DNA of 35,914 nucleotides from a bacterium. GTDB lineage: Bacteria > Cyanobacteriota > Vampirovibrionia > Gastranaerophilales > JBAXKC01. Location: the NCBI GenBank assembly GCA_037137535.1, contig JBAXKC010000026.1, positions 1 through 35,914 of the forward strand, given 5' to 3'. The position numbers and the translations under genes are program-made. Positions 9,087 to 18,091 of this stretch are shown one piece after another (within the stretch, counting starts at the first letter, position 1; each line of letters opens with the position of its first letter). The notes beneath the pieces are model-generated. The model was not told where the DNA came from. It saw only the letters and a program-made list of their open reading frames with translations, and did no database searches.

Positions 9087-9887
9087 TTACCCACCTTGAA
9101 TTGTAACTTGTTTGATAGAAAAACAATATATTAGTCTTGATAAAACAAGAAGAGCTATTACCCATAAAAATTGAAAGAAAAGAGATTCTAATATCTGATT
9201 ACCGTTAACTATACCTAAATATATGGAAATAGGAGTATATAGCATATCTTTAAAAGGCAAGAAATTTACGATGGCTTTTAGCCAGTGAGGAAAAAAGGCC
9301 AAAGGAATTAGTGAACCTGAAAAAAATGAGATTGAGGCTTCATAAAGCGTTTGTAATCCCCAGCTATTGACGGTATAAAAGGCTAGTAAACCTATCCAAA
9401 ATTCTATAAAAAATGATATGGTAATCGCCATTAATAAGCTAATAATAAAATATAATAATATTATAGGATTGTGTGGAAGGTATAATCCAAGAAACATTCC
9501 CGCCAAAATAAGCGCAGGAATTGCATTCATAATGCCAAATGAAATTATATCGCCAAGCCTGCTTATATATGTAAATAGCTGAAAATCAACAGGCCTTAAT
9601 AAATCCATTACAATGTCGCCTGATTGAATTTTATTACCTATTACATGAATAAAACCCCATGTAATTTGAGTGTATAAAATTCTCGATAAAATTATATATG
9701 TAATCATTTGATCTTTGCTTATGCCGTTTAATACTGTATTATCACCATAAACAGCCATCCATATATAATAAAATATAAAAATCTGCAAAATATTTGAGAA
9801 AAATGCTCCCCATGCTGCAAATACGTATGAGATATTTGATTTCATACTAACTTTTGCAATTTCGATAAGTTTAATTATGAAATTCAA
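9087..9887 (-). CDS. ABC-2 type exporter permease
   Basis: IQSGDIVMDLLRP, FSGSLIPLAFFP, LPF and C-terminal IQGG motifs. Confidence 0.9.
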   Translation of the reverse strand: MNFIIKLIEIAKVSMKSNISYVFAAWGAFFSNILQIFIFYYIWMAVYGDNTVLNGISKDQMITYIILSRILYTQITWGFIHVIGNKIQSGDIVMDLLRPVDFQLFTYISRLGDIISFGIMNAIPALILAGMFLGLYLPHNPIILLYFIISLLMAITISFFIEFWIGLLAFYTVNSWGLQTLYEASISFFSGSLIPLAFFPHWLKAIVNFLPFKDMLYTPISIYLGIVNGNQILESLFFQFLWVIALLVLSRLIYCFSIKQVTIQGG

Positions 9888-10903
9888 TTTAAGGGTGCTC
9901 CTGTAAAAAGTTTTTTTTCGTATAAATCTTTGATAATAGTATCAATAGAATCTTCTTTTATACTAAGATCGGCGATATTACAAAATGGAGCAATTATTGA
10001 AATGACTCCCGCAACAGTTATTATGTTACGGTTAAATTTTATACTAAGATTATGAGGGTCTTTTGATAAAACTGTCAATTTATCGGAATGAGCTTCCAAG
10101 ACTTCGTCAAGACCAATATTTATAGTTTTTATCATAAAATCCACTATAGCAAATTCACAAAATTTACTTTTTATTTCTTCAAGACTGCCGTCATAAACAA
10201 TCATTCCATTATCAATAATTATAATTCTTTCACAAATTTCTTCAATATCCTGCAAATCATGAGTGGTAAGAATTACAGTTATATTTTTTTCTTTATTTAA
10301 TATTTTAATAAATTCTCTAATTTTTTCTTTAACCATGAAATCAAGCCCAATTGTTGGCTCATCAAGAAAAACCAGTTTAGGATCATGTATAAAAGCCGCT
10401 GCAATTTCGCAACGCATTTTCTGACCAAGACTAAGCTGTCTTACAGGAATTTCAAGTAAATCATGTAAATCTAAATAGTCGGAATAGAACTTTAGATTAT
10501 CTTGAAATCGTTCTTCTGGTACTTCATATATTTTTTGAATTAATTTATATGATTCAATTACTGGTAAATCCCACCACATTTGAGTTCTTTGACCAAATAC
10601 GGCACCTATTTTCATATTATTTTGAATACGATTTTTAAATGGATCAAGACCGTCAATTATTACACTTCCTGAGGTTGGCATTAAAATACCGGTAAGCATT
10701 TTAATAGTTGTTGATTTACCCGCTCCATTTGCACCAATATATCCAACCATTTCACCTTGACTTATTTTAAAATCAACACCCTTGACAGCATGTTTCATTT
10801 CATATTTAGGTTTAAAGACATTTAGAATTGCCCCTGAAAGGCCTTCTTTTTTTATATTTACTTTATATTCTTTTTTAAGATTTTTAACTTCTATAATTGT
10901 CAT
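9884..10903 (-). CDS. ABC-2 type exporter ATP-binding subunit (NatA/DrrA-like)
   Basis: GANGAGKST, VFGQRTQMWWDLP, LSLGQKMR, LDEPTIGLD and LTTHD motifs. Confidence 0.93.
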   Translation of the reverse strand: MTIIEVKNLKKEYKVNIKKEGLSGAILNVFKPKYEMKHAVKGVDFKISQGEMVGYIGANGAGKSTTIKMLTGILMPTSGSVIIDGLDPFKNRIQNNMKIGAVFGQRTQMWWDLPVIESYKLIQKIYEVPEERFQDNLKFYSDYLDLHDLLEIPVRQLSLGQKMRCEIAAAFIHDPKLVFLDEPTIGLDFMVKEKIREFIKILNKEKNITVILTTHDLQDIEEICERIIIIDNGMIVYDGSLEEIKSKFCEFAIVDFMIKTINIGLDEVLEAHSDKLTVLSKDPHNLSIKFNRNIITVAGVISIIAPFCNIADLSIKEDSIDTIIKDLYEKKLFTGAPLN

Positions 10904-10915
10904 TAAGGGGATTTC

Positions 10916-11905
10916 CTATTTGTAAACATTTTTAATATCATCAATAATTGCTTTTATAGCATCTGTATAAGTAATTCCAGCTTCTTCGAGGGCCAGATAA
11001 AAAGCCGTATCCTCAGCTATACAAGGATTAGGATTTATTTCCAGAACATAAGGTTTATCATTCTCATCTGTTCTAAAGTCAATTCTTGCATAACCGCTTA
11101 AATTAAACTTATCCCAACATTTTTTTGCCATTTCAGCTACTTCGCTAAGAAGCTCTTTATCTTCTTCTTTAAACTCAAAGGTTATTTCAGTTTTATCATA
11201 CTCATCAGTTTCTTTTTCCCATTTTGCTTTATATCCGAGTACTTTAACTTTATCTTCAGGATAGTCAATAAATTGCATTTCTCTTGTAGGAAGCAATTTA
11301 CCTGCTAGAATTGGAATGCTTAAATCTCTTCCATGTAAATATCTTTCTGCAAAAAACTCTAAATTTAATTTTTGATTTTTGATTTTAATTTGTTGAATAA
11401 GATCTTCTTTTGATTTCGGTAAAATTACATTATCATCTTCAAGTCCGATAGAAGCATCTTCCCAGACAGCTTTTATAATATATTTTTCATCTTTGATAAA
11501 AGTATTATCATTCTCATCATCAATGGTAACCCATTCAGAAGTTCTAATTGCGTATAATTCCATCATTTTTTTTGTTATCAATTTATTTGAAGTTAAAAAA
11601 GTAGATTCTTTAGAACAACCTGTGTAAGGTATTCTTAAATAATCAAAAATAGATGGTGCTATATGCACAAGTTGACCATCGTTATTAATTGATTCTACAA
11701 GATTAAATATGAAAGCAGGTTTTATTTCTTTTAATTTTTCTATTACTTTGTCTATTGCTAGCGAAAAAGATAATATTTGTGTATTATATCCAAGCTGAAT
11801 TAGACTTTTATCAACTATTTTAACCTGATCAAGAACATCAAGTTCATCAATAGTTGGATTGTCGCTTATTTCATTATGTAATATTACTACTTTGTTATTT
11901 TCCAT
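10916..11905 (-). CDS. D-Ala-D-Ala ligase-like ATP-grasp enzyme
   Basis: FNLVES, IPYTG, EDASIG, GYARIDFR and LEINPNP motifs; lacks the GGxSxE N-terminus of true Ddl. Confidence 0.88.
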   Translation of the reverse strand: MENNKVVILHNEISDNPTIDELDVLDQVKIVDKSLIQLGYNTQILSFSLAIDKVIEKLKEIKPAFIFNLVESINNDGQLVHIAPSIFDYLRIPYTGCSKESTFLTSNKLITKKMMELYAIRTSEWVTIDDENDNTFIKDEKYIIKAVWEDASIGLEDDNVILPKSKEDLIQQIKIKNQKLNLEFFAERYLHGRDLSIPILAGKLLPTREMQFIDYPEDKVKVLGYKAKWEKETDEYDKTEITFEFKEEDKELLSEVAEMAKKCWDKFNLSGYARIDFRTDENDKPYVLEINPNPCIAEDTAFYLALEEAGITYTDAIKAIIDDIKNVYK

Positions 11906-12878
11906 TATTTAACCTTTGTAATGCTGATTTCATAATCATATCAATTAATTGAGTGAAAGAAATTCCGACTTTAGAACACATAATAGGCAAGTCCGAAGTT
12001 TGATAGTTTAGTCCTGCAAGCGGATTTACCTCGATAAAAGCAGGTTCATTATTTTGATCAAACCTTATGTCAATTCTTCCGCCATCTCTTAAATTTAAAC
12101 CTGCCCAAGAATCTAAAGCAAGCTTTTTACATTTTTCTGCAACTTCACCTTCAACTATTGTATATGAAACAAGATCTTCATAATTTTCTTTATTGTTATA
12201 AGAATAAACATCCTGTTCTGCTTTTTCGTTAAGAATAATCTCCATTACAGCAAGAGCTTTTGATTCTTTTCCTGTTCCGACAATACCTACCGTAAATTCT
12301 CTTCCCGGTAAAAAAGTTTCAATTAACACAGGTTGTTTATAAGTAGTTAATAAATTTTTGCATATTTTTTCTAATTCTTCTTGAGTTTTTATTTTAGATA
12401 AAGCATTTATTCCTTTTCCTGTTCCTTCTGCAACAGGTTTGGCAAATAATGGAAAAGGCAAATCAATATTTTTAATATTTTCTTCTTTATCTAAAACATA
12501 GTAATCAGGGGTATTAAGCCCGAGTGATTTGACGAGTGATTTGGTTATTCCTTTATGCAAGCAAATATTCAACATAAAAGCATCTGAAAAAGTATAAGGT
12601 ATTTGATATGCGTCAAGGATGGACGGGATTTGAGCTTCTCTTGCAATCCCATACATTCCTTCAGCGATATTAAAAACAATATCCCATTTTTGACCATCTG
12701 CCACTTTTTTTATAAGTGATTTTACATTTCCAATCCGTTCAGTTTCATAACCCAGCTCTTTTAGTGCGTTATCTATTCCGTTAATAGTATCAAGTTTATC
12801 AAATTCAGCAGTTTCTTCTAATGAATACCCCTCGTCAAGATAATCTTGCCTAAGGTCATAGGTTATTCCGACTTTCAT
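11895..12878 (-). CDS. D-Ala-D-Ala ligase-like ATP-grasp enzyme
   Basis: VFNIAEG, KPVAEGTGKG, FLPGREFTVG, RIDIR and EVNPLAGL motifs; lacks the GGxSxE of true Ddl. Confidence 0.9.
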   Translation of the reverse strand: MKVGITYDLRQDYLDEGYSLEETAEFDKLDTINGIDNALKELGYETERIGNVKSLIKKVADGQKWDIVFNIAEGMYGIAREAQIPSILDAYQIPYTFSDAFMLNICLHKGITKSLVKSLGLNTPDYYVLDKEENIKNIDLPFPLFAKPVAEGTGKGINALSKIKTQEELEKICKNLLTTYKQPVLIETFLPGREFTVGIVGTGKESKALAVMEIILNEKAEQDVYSYNNKENYEDLVSYTIVEGEVAEKCKKLALDSWAGLNLRDGGRIDIRFDQNNEPAFIEVNPLAGLNYQTSDLPIMCSKVGISFTQLIDMIMKSALQRLNNGK

Positions 12879-12899
12879 ATACGATCCTTTAATAAATGT

Positions 12900-14069
12900 T
12901 TAATCACAAGTTTTATCATCTTTAATTACATCAGGGTATCTGAACATTTCACCCGTATAATTTTTTAATAAAACATCATCACCATCACGCCCCATATAAT
13001 ATTCAGGTAACAGAGGTATTTTTCCGCCACCACCCGGAGCATCAATAACATAATTTGGGATTGCATAACCTGTGGTATGACCTCTTAGTCCTTGAATTAT
13101 ATCAAGACCCGCTTTTACTGAAGTTCGGAAATGAGATGATCCTAAAATTGGATCGCATTGATAAAGATAATAAGGTTTAACTCTTACTTTTAGCAAACCA
13201 TGAACTAATGCTTTCATTGTATCAACATTATCATTAACGTCTTTTAACAAAACTGTCTGACTTCCAAGAGGAATTCCTGCATCAGCTAACATAGTACATG
13301 CTTTTTTAGTTTCTTCTGTAAGTTCATCAGGGTGTGAAAAATGTATGCTCATCCATAACGGATGATATTTTTTAAGTATATTTACTAAATCTGGAGTAAT
13401 ACGTTGAGGTAAAACAACAGGCACTTTTGTACCTATACGAATAAATTCAACATGAGGAATTCTTCTGAGTTCCGATAACAGCCACTCTAACATTCCATTC
13501 GGCAAAGTTAGAGGATCGCCACCCGATAACAATACATCTCTTATGGTAGGAGTTTCTGAAATATAATCAATAGCAGCTTGCCATTGTCTAAGACTATTAA
13601 AGCTTTCAGAGTGTCCGACCATCCTTGATCTTGTGCAATAGCGGCAATAAACAGAACAAAAATCAGTAACGAGAAATAAGACTCTGTCAGGATACCTATG
13701 AACAATTCCCGGGACTGGACTACAATCATCTTCACCTAAAGGATCTTCAAATTCTCCCTTTGAAAAAATAGTTTCATTTATCACAGGAACTACTGTTTTT
13801 CTAAGAGCTTGTTTAGGATTATTTTTGTCAAGTAAACTTGCGTAATATGGCGTAATACTTAGAGGCAGAGCATTAACAGGGCAACTTAAAGCTGCTCTTT
13901 CATCTTCTGATAAATTTATAATTCTTTCTAATTGCTCAATATTTGTTATTCTGTTTTTTAATTGCCAATGCCAATCATTCCAATCGTCATTAGTAGCATT
14001 TGGAAAGAATTCATTACGAAAATGATCTGATTCATTATTTCTGTTTGAATTTATAAAATTAATAGCCAT
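12900..14069 (-). CDS. kamA: Lysine 2,3-aminomutase (KamA-family radical SAM/PLP enzyme)
   Basis: WNDWHWQ, DPLGE, HRYPDRVL, CSVYCRYC (CX3CX2C), LSGGDPL, YYLYQCD and DAPGGGGKIP (PLP Lys). Confidence 0.92.
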   Translation of the reverse strand: MAINFINSNRNNESDHFRNEFFPNATNDDWNDWHWQLKNRITNIEQLERIINLSEDERAALSCPVNALPLSITPYYASLLDKNNPKQALRKTVVPVINETIFSKGEFEDPLGEDDCSPVPGIVHRYPDRVLFLVTDFCSVYCRYCTRSRMVGHSESFNSLRQWQAAIDYISETPTIRDVLLSGGDPLTLPNGMLEWLLSELRRIPHVEFIRIGTKVPVVLPQRITPDLVNILKKYHPLWMSIHFSHPDELTEETKKACTMLADAGIPLGSQTVLLKDVNDNVDTMKALVHGLLKVRVKPYYLYQCDPILGSSHFRTSVKAGLDIIQGLRGHTTGYAIPNYVIDAPGGGGKIPLLPEYYMGRDGDDVLLKNYTGEMFRYPDVIKDDKTCD

Positions 14070-14107
14070 TTACTGCACCTCTAATAATATTTTAGTATAG
14101 ATAAAAA

Positions 14108-14137
14108 ATTATAGTCTATCTAATTAACACTTGTAAA
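14108..14137 (-). promoter_or_regulatory. Candidate sigma70 promoter of the kamA operon
   Basis: TTTACA-N18-TATAAT on the minus strand; GAGGTG RBS before kamA. Confidence 0.45.
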
Positions 14138-14218
14138 TATTAAATGTTCATTTTTAAATTCACTTTAAAGAAAAAACAACAACATTCTCTGAATGTAATT
14201 AATATCATTATTTAATTA

Positions 14219-15215
14219 CTGAATTTAAGTCATGACGAAAAGTCTTTCTATGATTGAATTATCAATGACAATATCGCCCAAAATGACACTAGCAAAGGCT
14301 TGATATATTGATGAGGTCTTAATCGTTTCTAGTATTGAATAAGCGGTTAAACATCCAAAAGTATAAAGAGCTTGAGCCTTTATGCTGTGTTGTTGACAGC
14401 GATTTAATCCCATACAACTCTTTAAAACTCTAAATACTTCTTCTATTTTCCATCTTTCACCATAATATTGAAGCACTTCTTCGCTTGTTAAACTAACTCT
14501 ATTAGTTATAAATACACGATTTTTTCGTCTTATAGTATTTACTTTCACGCCATTGTTTAACTTACCTATTTTGCTGCCATAACCTCTTGGAATTTGTTTT
14601 TTAATCTGCTTTTTATCCAAGCTATATGTACGTTTACCTTTAATGACAAAGCCATAACCATAGTTATTTAGACGTTTTATGATTTCTTGAGTACTGAAAC
14701 CTACATCTGCAAGTACAATTTGAGGCTTTAATTTATAGGTGTTTCTTAAAATTGATAAAGCCTTTAAAACCAATGCCTCTAGCTTCTTACTTCCCTTATA
14801 TATCAAGGCAAAGCCTAACGGGATTGTCTTATCTTCCATTTTATACAAGAATAATACGATTTTAAAACCCTTACGGTACCCTCCATTACTAAGGTTTTTC
14901 ATTTTAATTGCAACATCTTTAAGTCCATATTTAGGATTATCAGTTGTATCTATGATTAACTTGCCCCTAACATTCTTATACCGTTTTATTAAGCTTGAAA
15001 TCATTACTAAATCATGTTTTGATATCTCCTCAACACTCGTCAATAAGGAGGCATAAGCTTTATTTGAAAATTCTGATCTCTTGAATCCCCCATAAGATAT
15101 GATTTTATTGACAAATTCCACTACATGTTCCAACATATTACTGAACCTCTATTTACAGTTCTGCTAACTCTGTAATAGAGGTTTACTCTATTTCTTAACT
15201 TTTTTCAAAATTCAG
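14219..15215 (-). mobile_element. Insertion sequence of about 1 kb (DDE; IS4/IS701/IS5-superfamily-like)
   Basis: 8-bp terminal inverted repeats CTGAATTT/AAATTCAG flanked by a TTA direct repeat (14216-14218, 15216-15218); the transposase stop lies within one IR. Confidence 0.7.
14225..15136 (-). CDS. DDE transposase
   Basis: LIIDTT, VLADVGF and YGERWKIEEVFRVLK (Y-2-R-3-E-6-K signature). Confidence 0.9.
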   Translation of the reverse strand: MLEHVVEFVNKIISYGGFKRSEFSNKAYASLLTSVEEISKHDLVMISSLIKRYKNVRGKLIIDTTDNPKYGLKDVAIKMKNLSNGGYRKGFKIVLFLYKMEDKTIPLGFALIYKGSKKLEALVLKALSILRNTYKLKPQIVLADVGFSTQEIIKRLNNYGYGFVIKGKRTYSLDKKQIKKQIPRGYGSKIGKLNNGVKVNTIRRKNRVFITNRVSLTSEEVLQYYGERWKIEEVFRVLKSCMGLNRCQQHSIKAQALYTFGCLTAYSILETIKTSSIYQAFASVILGDIVIDNSIIERLFVMT

Positions 15216-15312
15216 TTATTACAAGGCTTGTTAGATTCCAATATAATCTAGCACCTAGAATTTAATCACTGGCTTAAAAAATTTATTGAATTAATATAAT
15301 TAGAAAACAAAA

Positions 15313-15342
15313 AAACAGGTTGTTAATTAAAACAACCTGTTT
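15313..15342 (-). terminator. Intrinsic terminator of the acyl-CoA dehydrogenase gene
   Basis: AAACAGGTTGTT-N6-AACAACCTGTTT followed by a U-tract on the minus strand. Confidence 0.75.
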
Positions 15343-15360
15343 CATTATTTATGATTCATT

Positions 15361-16545
15361 TTATCTGTAATTTTTTGTTAGGTGTCTACTAACTACTAAT
15401 CTTTGAACTTGGTTAGTACCTTCATAGATTTGAGTAATTTTAGCATCTCTCATCATTCTTTCTACAGGGAATTCTTTTGTGTAACCATAACCGCCAAGAA
15501 CTTGAACAGCATCTGTAGATACTTTCATTGCTGTATCACCGCCCATATATTTAGCTAGTGAAGCATACATTGATTTTTCTCTGTGGTCATTAGCTACTGC
15601 AACTGCTGATCTGTAAACAAATAATCTTGCAGCTTCAATTCTAACAGCCATATCAACTAACATATTCTGAACAGCTTCGAAATTTCCGATAGCTGAACCG
15701 AATTGTTCTCTTTCTTGAGCATATTTTAAAGCATAATCAAAAGCACCTTGAGCAACACCAACACCTTGAGCACCAACTCCAGGTCTTGAGTGATCAAGAG
15801 TATTCATAGCGATTTTCCAGCCTGAACCTTCAGCTCCAAGTAGACAATCAGCAGGAACTTCCATATCTTCAAAGATTAACTCAGCAGTTTCAGATCCTCT
15901 GATTCCAAGTTTATGTTCTGTTTTACCGACTTTAAAACCAGGGAAGTCTTTTTCAACGACGAAACAACTTAATCCTCTTATTCCTGCGGCAGGATCAGTT
16001 TTTGCAAATACTGTTACAGTATTTGATATATTTCCATGACTGATGAATAATTTTGAACCATTGATGATATATTTATCACCTTTTTTAACAGCTCTTGTTT
16101 TAATACCCATAAAGTCACTACCTGCTCCGGCTTCAGTTAAACCGAACGCACATAAGTGTTCACCGGTAGTAATCGGTGTAATATATTTATGTTTTTGAGC
16201 TTCATTACCAGCAAGCATTATTGGTTGGCTGCCTAAAGTATTTACTAAACAAGCTAATGCGCATGATAAGTCTACTCTTGATAATTCTTCTACAAGAATA
16301 CATTCCATAACAGGATCAGCTCCTGCACCGCCGTACTCTTCAGGGTAAGGTAGAGCTACTAAACCGCTTTCTACCATTTCTTTGTATACATCCCATGGAA
16401 ATTTAGCTTCTTCATCAATTTCTGCGGAACGTGGGGCAATTACAGATTCAGCAAATTCTCTAATGACTTGCCTCATGTCATCGTGATCTTCATTTAATTG
16501 AAAATCACTTACTTCAATATCTTCTAACAATGCTTGACTAGACAT
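15361..16545 (-). CDS. Acyl-CoA dehydrogenase (short-chain/butyryl-CoA type)
   Basis: AFGLTEAGAGSD, NGSKLFIS, KLGIRGS, REQFG, GGYGY and QIYEGTNQVQR (catalytic Glu present). Confidence 0.95.
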   Translation of the reverse strand: MSSQALLEDIEVSDFQLNEDHDDMRQVIREFAESVIAPRSAEIDEEAKFPWDVYKEMVESGLVALPYPEEYGGAGADPVMECILVEELSRVDLSCALACLVNTLGSQPIMLAGNEAQKHKYITPITTGEHLCAFGLTEAGAGSDFMGIKTRAVKKGDKYIINGSKLFISHGNISNTVTVFAKTDPAAGIRGLSCFVVEKDFPGFKVGKTEHKLGIRGSETAELIFEDMEVPADCLLGAEGSGWKIAMNTLDHSRPGVGAQGVGVAQGAFDYALKYAQEREQFGSAIGNFEAVQNMLVDMAVRIEAARLFVYRSAVAVANDHREKSMYASLAKYMGGDTAMKVSTDAVQVLGGYGYTKEFPVERMMRDAKITQIYEGTNQVQRLVVSRHLTKNYR

Positions 16546-16678
16546 TAATATCTTCCTCTTACAAATAAATTAGGCTAATACTTTGTCACTTAAAATTAAA
16601 AACCTGTCACTTTTTAAAAACAATTAATTTAAAAGGACTACTGAATTATAAATTTAAAATAAACCGAAGTAAAAGTAA

Positions 16679-16732
16679 ATGAAATATTAAATAAAAGATT
16701 TACAATACATAATCTTTTATTTAATATTTCAT
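16679..16732. terminator. Long AT-rich hairpin downstream of the 16764-17837 gene
   Basis: 22-bp perfect inverted repeat ATGAAATATTAAATAAAAGATT / AATCTTTTATTTAATATTTCAT. Confidence 0.6.
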
Positions 16733-16763
16733 CTCCAATTTATGAAACTACAAATCATTAAAA

Positions 16764-17837
16764 TTAAATCACTTGTTTCTTTTCTTTTTTTAGTAATTTA
16801 CCATTTGCATTAAACGTAGACGTTACAAATTCCGAATTTTTTTCTGTTTGTACAATTCGCCCACCATTATCAAGAACTTTAGCACTAATTGTTGTTTTTT
16901 CATCCGGGTTCATTATCCATGCTGATTTTTTTTCATCGTAAACAGGTTTATTTTTTTCATCAGGTGAAGTTTGACTATACCAATACTCATCACCATAGTT
17001 TTTTGTTGATTTTTCATTTTTTAAAGTCCAAGGGATGCTCATCCCGTCAGAGGTATTATAAGTAATACTTTTATTTAAAATTAGGGATTCATATGGTCCT
17101 GATTCTGACACTCTGGCATCAGCCAATTCAGGTTCTATTTTTTTTCTGGAGTGTCCAAACTCAATGAGCTTCCCATTTTGATCTTTATAACCATCAGAAT
17201 TTTTGTAAGAATCTCTAATTTTTGTCTTTAATGAATTGACGCCTCCTTTTTCATACGCTTTGCAATAGCCATCCATCTGATATGTTTGAATATTATGTTC
17301 TTTTTCATATTTACATTCTTTTGAAAAAGCAGCGGCTTCTTCTTGTATACTTGGATCTCCAGATTTGCGTCTATGTTCCAATTCATGAACAAGAACGCTT
17401 TCCAAAAAGTTCTCATTCTTTACAGTGCTTTTGCCTAATACAATTTCTTTCTTTGCAGAGTTAGCATAAGCGCCTTTGCCTTTCATATCTTCTTTTTTAA
17501 CGATAAAAGTATCATTTTTAATGATTTCTTTATATTCCGGATTATTTTTAGCAATATTATTTAACGCTTTACTTACTTTTTCTTGTCTATATTTAGCTCT
17601 TAAGTCATCTACTGTTTCTTCTTTACCTGTAAGTTTTTCAAAAAAACCGACAATTGGATTTTTTGACGGTCCTTTATTTTCCAGTCCTTCAAGTTGAATT
17701 TTTGGCTTTATATCTTCTGTTTTGTTTGTTTGTGATGTAAAAACACTAGCCTGTTGATTAGTTTTATTTGTAGATGCGTTGTTATTCGTTAATTTTGTTT
17801 TATTTTCAACCTTGGATGTTTCGATCTTAATACTCAT
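16764..17837 (-). CDS. Hypothetical protein with HExxH zincin metallopeptidase-like motif
   Basis: VLVHELEH followed by IQEEAAAF (candidate third ligand); low-complexity N/T/K-rich N-terminus. Confidence 0.7.
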   Translation of the reverse strand: MSIKIETSKVENKTKLTNNNASTNKTNQQASVFTSQTNKTEDIKPKIQLEGLENKGPSKNPIVGFFEKLTGKEETVDDLRAKYRQEKVSKALNNIAKNNPEYKEIIKNDTFIVKKEDMKGKGAYANSAKKEIVLGKSTVKNENFLESVLVHELEHRRKSGDPSIQEEAAAFSKECKYEKEHNIQTYQMDGYCKAYEKGGVNSLKTKIRDSYKNSDGYKDQNGKLIEFGHSRKKIEPELADARVSESGPYESLILNKSITYNTSDGMSIPWTLKNEKSTKNYGDEYWYSQTSPDEKNKPVYDEKKSAWIMNPDEKTTISAKVLDNGGRIVQTEKNSEFVTSTFNANGKLLKKEKKQVI

Positions 17838-18091
17838 ATATTCCCCCTATTATCCCCATTCCCCTTATTAATATAAAGTTTTTTGACTAAGGATAATTGA
17901 TAAAACCATTAAGCATTTGATTGTTTTTTAATACAAGTTAACATTAGCATTTGAATATAGAAATGTATTAAATATTTTGATTATATACATAAACTACGTT
18001 TTACTGATAAAATATTAATAAATATTCTTAAGATTGATTAATTGTAAGTTGTTCTGTAAGTATAATTTTAATTAGGAAGGTCAAATCATAG

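Noticed and set aside
10916-12878. Annotation as cell-wall D-Ala-D-Ala ligases or a van resistance cluster
   Set aside because: No GGxSxE motif, no vanH/vanX/vanRS or mur genes nearby, and the genes are coupled to kamA.
12900-14069. EpmB (EF-P beta-lysylation) or AblA osmolyte assignment
   Set aside because: No efp/epmA or ablB acetyltransferase in the window; such roles in trans cannot be fully excluded.
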